This document shows positions 1-7,327 of a stretch of DNA of 64,000 nt, piece by piece (positions within the stretch are counted from its first letter, which is position 1; each line of letters opens with the position of its first letter). Location: the NCBI GenBank assembly GCA_036012755.1, contig DASCPX010000070.1, positions 32,001 through 96,000 of the forward strand, read 5' to 3'. The translations under genes and the position numbers were made by a program. The notes below the pieces were generated by a model. That model saw only the letters and a program-made list of their open reading frames with translations. It did no database searches and was not told the origin of the DNA. Origin of the DNA: Myxococcota bacterium (GTDB lineage Bacteria; Myxococcota_A; UBA796; CAJQPC01).

Positions 1-1278
1 ATCGACATGGTCGGGGGCTAACTTCATCAGCTTCTCGAGCCTGTTCCAGCTCCGCAGCAGGTCGCCTTCGAGGAACTCGATCCGGGCCATCAGGAAGATG
101 GGGTCCGGGAGGAACTCCGCCGAGCTCACGGCCATCTCGACGAGGTCGCGCCCCTTGCGGCGGCGGTCGCCACGCGGCCTCGACGGGTCGTTGTAGATCA
201 TCCAACCCAGCCACGCCTGGGCGATGGGGGAGCCCGTGTCCTGCCGGGCCTTGGCGAAGCACTTCAGCGCGAGGTCGATGCGGCCCTCGCGGAAGAGGCG
301 CTGCCCCTCCTCGAGGGGATCGCCCATGACCACTGTGCTGGCTGCTTCCGCTTTTCCATCCTGGATCCGCCCGACCGCGAGCAGGACGCGGGCGTGGATC
401 TCCTGGGCGAGATCGCGGACGTGGCCGGGCAGCCGATCGTCGTCCATCAGCTTCGCGTAGCGCGAGGTCATGCGCTCACAGGCCCGCTCGATGTTCTCTC
501 GGGGCATGCGGGCGTTGGCCCCGATGACCGTCCAGTCGTCGGCGGCGTTCACGAGGTCGAGCTCGCGCAGCAGCCGGGCGTTGAGCTGCTGGATCTTCTT
601 TCGGGAGGCCTCCGATGGCCGACGGACCGCGCGCTCGGGCTTCGCCTTGGGCGGTGGTCGGCGAGGCGGTGGCTTGCTCTCTGGCCTGGTGCCTTTCTTC
701 AGGGACCAGCTCGAGCGCCTCGGACGGGCCCCGCCGCCAGCCGGTTGCCGCAGTCGAAGCGCGCCGAGGGTGACGAGGGTGGCGAGGTCCTCCGCGATCC
801 CCGACAGGCGCAGGTCCGCCTGCGTGATCAGGTCCCCGAGGCTCTCGCGCGGGTCGTGGCGCACGGCGAGCAGCTTCCGTGTCATCGGCGCCAGCGGGAA
901 CAGCCCGACCGCCTGGATGGCAGGTCCGTCGACCAGGGTGGCGTCCAGGCTGTCACCGTCGATGACCTGCTCACCGGAGTTGCTCCTGGCGGCGTGCCAG
1001 AGGTGCGGGGCCAGGCTGGGCTCCGGGCGGTTGGAGAAGGCGTCGCCCTCCTTGAACTGGATTCCGCTGGAGTAGAGCGACTGCACGATGAAGGCGAGGC
1101 TCTCTGCGTCCCGGGGCTCTCCGTGCAGGAGCAGCCCCCGGCCGGAGAGGTGCTCGCATCGCACGACCCCGCTCTTCCGCCCTCCCCAGGCGCGGGCCAC
1201 CACCGCCAGCGCCTCGGCGTTCGCCACGCCGCCGGTTGGATGCAGCGCCGCCTCGGCGGGATCGCGGAAGTCCGACAT
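1..1278 (-). CDS. Partial CDS (3' end outside window): N-terminal DUF4388-like region, degenerate J-like domain, C-terminal TPR-like helices
   Basis: Absent from the ORF track because it has no stop in the window. Manual translation from ATG 1278, which overlaps the upstream stop (TGATG): MSDFRDPAEAALHPTGG...DDWTVIGANARMPRENIERACERMTSRY...LEEGQRLFREGRIDLALKCFAKA. Clear paralog of 26494..27354. Confidence 0.7.
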   Translation of the reverse strand, partial: MSDFRDPAEAALHPTGGVANAEALAVVARAWGGRKSGVVRCEHLSGRGLLLHGEPRDAESLAFIVQSLYSSGIQFKEGDAFSNRPEPSLAPHLWHAARSNSGEQVIDGDSLDATLVDGPAIQAVGLFPLAPMTRKLLAVRHDPRESLGDLITQADLRLSGIAEDLATLVTLGALRLRQPAGGGARPRRSSWSLKKGTRPESKPPPRRPPPKAKPERAVRRPSEASRKKIQQLNARLLRELDLVNAADDWTVIGANARMPRENIERACERMTSRYAKLMDDDRLPGHVRDLAQEIHARVLLAVGRIQDGKAEAASTVVMGDPLEEGQRLFREGRIDLALKCFAKARQDTGSPIAQAWLGWMIYNDPSRPRGDRRRKGRDLVEMAVSSAEFLPDPIFLMARIEFLEGDLLRSWNRLEKLMKLAPDHVD

Positions 1279-1697
1279 CAGCCGCCGCGGGCCGGGGAGG
1301 GGATCTCCGAGAGCTCGAACCAGTACTGTACGAGCCCTCGCGCCGTGTCCATGAGCTCGTCATAGAGCACCGGCTTGATGATGAAGCTGTTTGCGCCCAG
1401 CTGGTAGCTGGCGGCGACGTCGTCCTCTGACCAGCTCGTCGTCATCACCACCACCGGCACGGCTGGATGACGGGCACGGAGCTGCTTCAGCGCGTCGAGG
1501 CCGTGGAGGCGGGGCATGTGGAGATCGAGCACGACCAGGTGGGGCATGGAGGACGCCAGCTGCTCGAGCATGGCTTCACCGTCCTCGACACCCACGACTT
1601 CGCCCTCGAAGCCGATGTCCGAGAAGGCCTCGCGCAAGAGATCCAGGTCGTCTGGGTCGTCGTCGACGACGAGGATGACAGGCGTCATGAACTCCAT
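1278..1697 (-). CDS. Single-domain response regulator (receiver, Rcp1-like)
   Basis: ILVVDDDPDD, LDLHMP phospho-Asp, VMTTS, GANSFIIKP. Start could be 1688. Confidence 0.92.
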   Translation of the reverse strand: MEFMTPVILVVDDDPDDLDLLREAFSDIGFEGEVVGVEDGEAMLEQLASSMPHLVVLDLHMPRLHGLDALKQLRARHPAVPVVVMTTSWSEDDVAASYQLGANSFIIKPVLYDELMDTARGLVQYWFELSEIPSPARGG

Positions 1698-2461
1698 CCT
1701 GAGTAGCTGTAGACCACGTTCCGGCTACTCCGAGCAGCCAGCCATCGCTTCAAGTCCCTCACATCATCGCGCGGTGTGGACCATTTTCGCTGGCGCGACA
1801 TCGAAAAGCCGTGAGACGCGGTGGGCACGGGGACGTCGACAGCGATCGGATCATCGACCCGAACGGGACCCCGGCCGCGGCTCGCGCGCGAGAGGACCGC
1901 GCTGATCCAGGGGCCGCTGCCCTCGTGCAACACGGGGCCGATCTCTCCACGGACGAGCTCGACGAGCTCGAGCTCCTCGAGCTCGCGGAGCAGACGCCAG
2001 GCCTCCGCGACGGGGCGCTCGCCCAGCAGGTCGCGGAGCTGGATCAGCTCGGGGGGATCGCCGTCGAGGTCGAGGCGCAGCGTCCAGCGGACGAAGCTCG
2101 GCAGGGCGAGCTCCACGCGGTCGATGACGAACTCCCAGCGCGCTGGTGGTCCCGGGTCGACCAGGGCGGCGTGCGGTGGCGGGACCACCAGGGGCTCGAT
2201 CTCGCGGATCGCCCTGAGGTAGCGGGCCTTTTCGGCGACGGCCTCGCCGAGGTGCGCCATGCGCTGCAGCAGGTCATCGGCCAGGTCGTGGTCCACTCGC
2301 ACCCGCAGCCACTCGTCGGCGTGGGGCCACCCGCTGTCCGGGCAGAGCCGCAGCCTCGTGTGGGGAGGGCGGATCGCGATCGCCTCCTGGTGTCGCGCGA
2401 TGTCCCTCCACGAGGGGAAGAAGAGGTTCAGCCTCAGGGCGCGGAGGGCGCGGGCGCTCAC
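1685..2461 (-). CDS. Hypothetical protein
   Basis: Protein-like 3' part of ORF 1685..2917; GTG 2461 overlaps the upstream stop (GTGA). Confidence 0.55.
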   Translation of the reverse strand: MSARALRALRLNLFFPSWRDIARHQEAIAIRPPHTRLRLCPDSGWPHADEWLRVRVDHDLADDLLQRMAHLGEAVAEKARYLRAIREIEPLVVPPPHAALVDPGPPARWEFVIDRVELALPSFVRWTLRLDLDGDPPELIQLRDLLGERPVAEAWRLLRELEELELVELVRGEIGPVLHEGSGPWISAVLSRASRGRGPVRVDDPIAVDVPVPTASHGFSMSRQRKWSTPRDDVRDLKRWLAARSSRNVVYSYSGWSS

Positions 2462-2955
2462 GACAGGAGGTCCTCGACCTCGCGCAGGGCCGCCCTGCGC
2501 TCTGCGGCCTCCTCGTCCAGCTCGCGCATGCGGAGGTCGAGCTTGTCGATGTGCTCGCTCACGAAGCGCGCGCTTTCGTCGGCGAGGGTGCATGCCCACT
2601 CCATCCCCTGCCTGAGCTCGGCGCGGGCCTTCGGGTCGATGCCCGCGGCCTTGCGGGTCCAGTCCATCTCCACCCCGTAGCCGTCGAGGGCGAAGCGGCC
2701 GGCCTCTCGTAGGCCCCGAAGGTCGTCCCGACAACGAAGGAAGCCTGCTCGGAGCTCTCGCAGGAGGCTGTCGTCGGGGCTGACGGCGAGCTCCTCGGTC
2801 AACAGCTCCAGGTCGGCCTCCACGAGGTCCAGGTGGTGCTCGATCGCGCGCACTCGGGCGAAGGTGCGCTCGTAGCGTGACCAGGTGGTGCCTGGCTCCT
2901 CTGCGAGCGCTGCCCACATCTCGTCACGGAAGCGGCGCTCTGCTCGGGCGACCAT
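2458..2955 (-). CDS. Hypothetical helical/coiled-coil protein
   Basis: MVARAERRF...AAERRAALREVEDLLS; GGAG just upstream of ATG 2955. Confidence 0.6.
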   Translation of the reverse strand: MVARAERRFRDEMWAALAEEPGTTWSRYERTFARVRAIEHHLDLVEADLELLTEELAVSPDDSLLRELRAGFLRCRDDLRGLREAGRFALDGYGVEMDWTRKAAGIDPKARAELRQGMEWACTLADESARFVSEHIDKLDLRMRELDEEAAERRAALREVEDLLS

Positions 2956-2966
2956 CTCCAGGGCTA

Positions 2967-4025
2967 CTAGTCGGACCCGGGACACTCTTCGACGACCTCG
3001 CGATCCCGCTCTTTGAGCGTGATGTAGTCTTGGTGCTCTGCCGTGATGTCCTCGCCCTTGAGGAACAGGCAAAGGGGCTCGCCGTCGCTCGGGCAGGGCT
3101 CGCACTCCACGCCGGAGCCGGACACGAGCTCGCAGACGTAGTTCGGGTCGTCCGCTTCGTCGAACATCGGCGCCATGTTGCGAGTGTCTCCAAGACCCCA
3201 GAGCTTCGCGCCGCCGAAGCTCTCTCCGTCGGGTGAGAAGGTGCCCTCGATGTGGAAGTCGTGGACCGGGATCTCGGCGCCGTCGTAGCGGATCGTCACC
3301 AGCTCGGCGGTGCCGGAGAAGAAGGGGTCGTTGAAGCTCACCTCTTGGAAGGGCCACGTGGCGACGGTGTACTTCACGTCGTCGACGGTCTCCGTGCACT
3401 TCTGGATGTAGGTGCCGTCGTTCTTGAGCCGCCCCTGGGCGCCGAGCATGTCGAAGGTGGTGCCGTCCGGGCTGAGCTCCTGCACGCCGATGAGGATGGG
3501 CACGTCCAGGTAGAGCCCCAGGAAGGAGCCGAAGCCGGCGGGCTCCGTGAAGTCCACGTCATCGAGCTCGACGACGTAGGCCCGGCCCTCCAGATCGGTG
3601 GCCTCGATGTCGAGGGCGTCCCCGTAGGAGTCGGTCGAGAAGGTGGAGGTGTAGGTCACGTCGCAGACGGTGATGTCCAGCGCGTAGTCCGTGTCCGCGT
3701 GCAGGTAGCCCTGGGGTGTGAGATCCACGATCTGGTCGGTCACGTTCCAGGACTCGATGAGCGCGGGCTCGTGGACGGCGACGCCGGTGTCGGTGGGGGT
3801 GCTGCGGAGGGCGAAGGCGGTGTCCTCGACGGGCTCGGTGAAGGTCACTCGCAGGCTGTCTCGCCAGTAGACGCCCGAGCCCCCGTCCTTCGGCGAGATC
3901 TCCTCCGGCACCGTCATGCAGTCATCGAGGACCTCTGAGTCGTCCCCGGCGCTGTCGTTGGTGGTGATCGTCGAGTCGGTGATGGGGGTGGTCTTGTTGC
4001 AGGCCAACAGACAGAGGAGTGTCAT
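2967..4025 (-). CDS. Lipoprotein with Ig-like (Big_5-type) domain
   Basis: MTLLCLLAC lipobox, ATGA-coupled to the upstream gene; SP.DG...LRVTFTEPV...LTPQGYLHADTDY pattern. Confidence 0.7.
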   Translation of the reverse strand: MTLLCLLACNKTTPITDSTITTNDSAGDDSEVLDDCMTVPEEISPKDGGSGVYWRDSLRVTFTEPVEDTAFALRSTPTDTGVAVHEPALIESWNVTDQIVDLTPQGYLHADTDYALDITVCDVTYTSTFSTDSYGDALDIEATDLEGRAYVVELDDVDFTEPAGFGSFLGLYLDVPILIGVQELSPDGTTFDMLGAQGRLKNDGTYIQKCTETVDDVKYTVATWPFQEVSFNDPFFSGTAELVTIRYDGAEIPVHDFHIEGTFSPDGESFGGAKLWGLGDTRNMAPMFDEADDPNYVCELVSGSGVECEPCPSDGEPLCLFLKGEDITAEHQDYITLKERDREVVEECPGSD

Positions 4026-4960
4026 TCGCTCACCTCGTTGACGGTGATGGTGTACCAGTAGAGTTCTCCGGTGCCATTGCGAGCCTCGAGGACCTGCAGG
4101 TACCAGACCTCGCCTCCTCCGCCTGTGCGCTCGAAGGCCGGATCGTTGCCGACATCGAAGGGGTTGGTGTCGGCCCACTCCTCCCAGCTGCTCTTCAGGG
4201 AGTCCCCTTCCTTGGTCGTCTTCCACATCACGAGCCTGGTGTCCAGCGGCGAGCCGAGGCGGTGGGCCACGATCTCGGCGCGGAGCTGCACCTTGGCGTC
4301 GGGGGTCGTCAGCACGTACCAGTCGCGCTCGTCTCCTTCGACGAGGGTGGCGTAGACCACCTCGCCGAGAACGATGGGCTGTGCGAGGTCCCAGCTGCCG
4401 TGGTCCTCGACCTCGACGCTGTCCGGGGTGATGGGGGACTTCGCTTCGCTGACGTGGAAGAAGTACTCGTAGCCCTCGTCGGCTCCCTGCCCGGGGTCCT
4501 GCTCGGCCATGGCGAGCCGCCAGGTGTCGGCCCCCGGGACCGGGACGAGGATGTAGGGGTCGGAGCTCTGGGCGCCCTTTCCGGCCAACAGCGCGTGGCC
4601 CCCCTCAGAGCCCAGGCCGAAGACGAGGTCCGCCGCGCTCCCGCGCTCCGCCGCGTCGACGTCGATCTCGATCCAGCCGGCGGTGCGCGTCTCGAACTCG
4701 TAGTAGTCGAGGTCGAAGCTCTGGGAGATCTCGCCGCAGGCCTCTCTCTCTCGGGCGATGAAGGTCGGCTCGGTGTCGTTGTTGTTCGGCTCCTGCTCGG
4801 GCTGCGCGCACATCGGCGGCGGCGCGGTGTCGCGCGAGTCGACGGAGTCCGCGGACTCCTTGCCCGCCGAGTCGGGCGAGGTGTCGAACCTCGGTGGCGT
4901 CACCTGCGGATTGCAGGCCTTGCACGAGGCCCAGCAGGCCAGGACCGACAACAGACCCAT
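4022..4960 (-). CDS. Secreted/lipoprotein with PPC-like (pre-peptidase C-terminal) domains
   Basis: MGLLSVLAC; EQEPNNN, DLDYYEF, GSPLDTRL motifs typical of PPC repeats. Confidence 0.7.
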   Translation of the reverse strand: MGLLSVLACWASCKACNPQVTPPRFDTSPDSAGKESADSVDSRDTAPPPMCAQPEQEPNNNDTEPTFIAREREACGEISQSFDLDYYEFETRTAGWIEIDVDAAERGSAADLVFGLGSEGGHALLAGKGAQSSDPYILVPVPGADTWRLAMAEQDPGQGADEGYEYFFHVSEAKSPITPDSVEVEDHGSWDLAQPIVLGEVVYATLVEGDERDWYVLTTPDAKVQLRAEIVAHRLGSPLDTRLVMWKTTKEGDSLKSSWEEWADTNPFDVGNDPAFERTGGGGEVWYLQVLEARNGTGELYWYTITVNEVSE

Positions 4961-4961
4961 G

Positions 4962-6395
4962 TCAGTCGCAGCCCCGCGCTTCGAGCTCGTAGGGGGCGTC
5001 GTCCTCTGCCTCCACGGTGGCCGCTGGCCAGTGGATGATGCCGGCGTTCCAGACCTCGTTGCGGGACAGCACCATCGAGTCCTCCTCGAAGAGCTCGCCG
5101 TCGAGGTAGAAGCGCACCGTCGCGGTGAGGGCCCCGTCGCCGTTGTGGTCGAAGTAGTGGACGCGCACGGGGTAGTCGCCGTCTGCGGGGGTCTGGATGT
5201 TGATGTTCTCGGGCCCGTAGCCGCCGATGTCGTCGAGGTCGAGGGTCGGGTCGTCCTCTGTCCCGGAGCTACCCCAGCTGGGGCTGGGGTTGCAGTAGCA
5301 GACGTCGCCGGGGCGCTCGAAGAGGGAGGCGTCCTCTGACTCGAGCATGTGGAGATCGACATCAGCGGCGGCGGCGTCCCAGATCATCTCGACGTGGATG
5401 GCGTCCGTCGGGACGGCGTCGATCGAGTACTTCGCCGGCGCGCTCACGACGCCGAGCTCGTTCTCGACGACGAGCTGCACTTCGTAGCGACCCGCGATGT
5501 CGAAGTAGGCCTCCGTCGCGTCCCCGACGGTGTCCTGGAGCTTGCCGCCGGAGCCGGTGGGGGTGACGACCAGGGACCACTCGTAGTCCGTGATCTCCCA
5601 GCCGCCGGGGTCGTACGAGTCCGAGCCGTCGAGCCCGATGGTCTCGGGCGGGTCGACGGAGTCGGGGCCGTCGATGACCGCGACCGGGTAGTCGAAGTCG
5701 CCGCCGCCGTTGCCGAGGAGGGTGACGATGACCTCCGGCTCGTCGGGGTCGTTGCTGGTGATGGCCAGGGAGCCGTTGTCGCCGTCGATGGTCGTCGGCG
5801 AGTACAGCACGATGACCTGCGTGGAGCCGTCGGGCGGGATCGTCTGGAAGGCCGGGTCTCCGAGGATGGAGAAGGTGCCGCTGCCCCCCTGGGAGGTGGT
5901 GCCGATGAGCAGGTCTCCGTCGCCCTGGTTCTTCAGCGTGAACCACATGGTGTCGGCGTCCCCTGGCGCGACGACGTCGAAGTCGACGCTGCTGGGGTCG
6001 AGGTGGATGTCCGGGGTCGGGCCGTCGCCGCCGAGGCCGGTGATTGAGAGTCCGAGCTCGGGGCTGTCCTCGATGTTGGTCGTGAAGACCAGCTCGGTGT
6101 CGTAGTCCTTGTAGGTCGCGGGGGTGAACTGGACGATGATCTCGGCGCGCTCGCCGCGAGGCAGCTCGAGGGTCTCGGGGTCGACGGAGTAGACACCGCC
6201 GAACTCGGCGAAGGCGAGCTCCGCCGTCAGCGGCGCCTGGCCGGTGTTGATGACCTCGACGACGGCCTCCTCCGTGAAGTCGACGACGACTTCACCGAAG
6301 TGGAGGGCCTCCGGGCTGAGGGTCAGCTCGGGGACGAGGACGTTGATCTGCTGGTCCTGCTCACATGAGAGCAGGAGGCCCACAGTGACCCACAT
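4962..6395 (-). CDS. Lipoprotein with two choice-of-anchor D/ASH Ig-like domains, a PKD-like domain and a YfaP/DUF2135-like C-terminus
   Basis: MWVTVGLLLSC; LHFGEV..NTGQAPL; SNDPDEP; LDGSDSYDP; DVDLH...LDLDDIGGYGPENINI. Confidence 0.78.
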   Translation of the reverse strand: MWVTVGLLLSCEQDQQINVLVPELTLSPEALHFGEVVVDFTEEAVVEVINTGQAPLTAELAFAEFGGVYSVDPETLELPRGERAEIIVQFTPATYKDYDTELVFTTNIEDSPELGLSITGLGGDGPTPDIHLDPSSVDFDVVAPGDADTMWFTLKNQGDGDLLIGTTSQGGSGTFSILGDPAFQTIPPDGSTQVIVLYSPTTIDGDNGSLAITSNDPDEPEVIVTLLGNGGGDFDYPVAVIDGPDSVDPPETIGLDGSDSYDPGGWEITDYEWSLVVTPTGSGGKLQDTVGDATEAYFDIAGRYEVQLVVENELGVVSAPAKYSIDAVPTDAIHVEMIWDAAAADVDLHMLESEDASLFERPGDVCYCNPSPSWGSSGTEDDPTLDLDDIGGYGPENINIQTPADGDYPVRVHYFDHNGDGALTATVRFYLDGELFEEDSMVLSRNEVWNAGIIHWPAATVEAEDDAPYELEARGCD

Positions 6396-6469
6396 GGCGC
6401 GTTCTCCTCATGGTCTTCGAGGGTAACCGGCCGCTCGGGAGGTCGGAAATGGCTGCATCGGGATCGGCA

Positions 6470-6594
6470 GCGGGGAGCGGTCGCGGAGGCGGAAGCGGTC
6501 GCGGAAGCGGAAGCGGGAGCGAGAGCGGAAGCGGAAGCGGGAGCGGAGAGCGGGAGCGGGAGCGGAGAGCGGGAGCGGGAGCGGGGAGCGGGAG
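6470..6594 (+). repeat. Intergenic purine-rich tandem hexamer array (GCGGGA/GCGGAA/GCGGTC variants, about 20 units)
   Basis: Directly visible: gcggaagcggaagcgggagcgagagcggaagcggaagcgggagcggagagcgggagcggga... Confidence 0.95.
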
Positions 6595-6637
6595 TGCACG
6601 TGCCGAAGTCGCTCAGGCTGCGTAGCTGTCCCGCGCC

Positions 6638-6734
6638 GGGTCTCTCCAGTGGGGCCTCCGGGGCATCGTCGGCGGCCCCGCCGGGGGCGAGGGGCCGCCT
6701 CCTCAACCCCTGCGGCCCCCCCATGGAGAGACCC
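6638..6734 (+). promoter_or_regulatory. Long nested stem-loop in the 5' leader of the four-helix-bundle gene, enclosing its RBS
   Basis: GGGTCTCTCCA (6638-6648) is the exact reverse complement of TGGAGAGACCC (6724-6734). Inner GGCGGCCCC (6671-6679) pairs with GGGGCCGCC (6691-6699). Confidence 0.65.
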
Positions 6735-6736
6735 TC

Positions 6737-7066
6737 ATGCGCAGCACGACCAACTACTTCCCCTTCGAGCGGACCGACGTCTACACACTCTCGGTGAGCG
6801 TGAACCGCCGGGTGGCCAAGCTCCGGTGGCCGACCGGCCGAGGACACCTGAAGGACCAGGCAATCCGGGCGGCGGACTCGATGGTGCTGAACCTGGCCGA
6901 AGGGTGGGAGCGGGGCCACCAGACAGGCGCCGCGCGGAACCACTTCCGTATCGCAAAGGGCAGCGCGGCCGAGGTGTTCGCAGTGCTGGACATCCTCGAG
7001 GTCGAGACGGAGCTTCGAGACGACCTCCGGAGGGTCGGGGCGATGCTCGCCCGGCTCGCTCGGTGA
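6737..7066 (+). CDS. Four helix bundle protein (23S rRNA intervening sequence protein / Avd-like family)
   Basis: FERTDVY..S, LKDQAIRAADSMVLNLAEG, HFRIAKGSAAE family motifs. Confidence 0.9.
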   Translation: MRSTTNYFPFERTDVYTLSVSVNRRVAKLRWPTGRGHLKDQAIRAADSMVLNLAEGWERGHQTGAARNHFRIAKGSAAEVFAVLDILEVETELRDDLRRVGAMLARLAR

Positions 7067-7327
7067 GCCCTCGCCCGCCAAGCGGCCCGCCGGTCGAGGA
7101 TCGAAACTGGAAGTTCTTTTCCAATCTGGTCGGCCAGCTCAGAGGCGACCTCGGGCCGGGCAGGCCGAACACTCCCCGTGCGACGCCGGGAGCTGTAACA
7201 ACGCTGATACAGCCACCCGGTCCTCCAGCAGCCCACACGCCCGGTACAACGTCAGATGTCGAGCGCCGTCCCCATCGCCCGCCTCGCGCCGCTTCGAAGC
7301 ACGGCCCAGATTCACTGATTCACCGAG

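Noticed and set aside
6408..6625. Short ORFs across the hexamer array (SGSGSG / RFRFR peptides)
   Set aside because: Low-complexity translations of the repeat; no RBS or family signal.
6737..7066. Diversity-generating retroelement (Avd) or 23S rRNA intervening sequence
   Set aside because: No reverse transcriptase, no TR/VR pair differing at adenines, and no rRNA sequence seen in the window.
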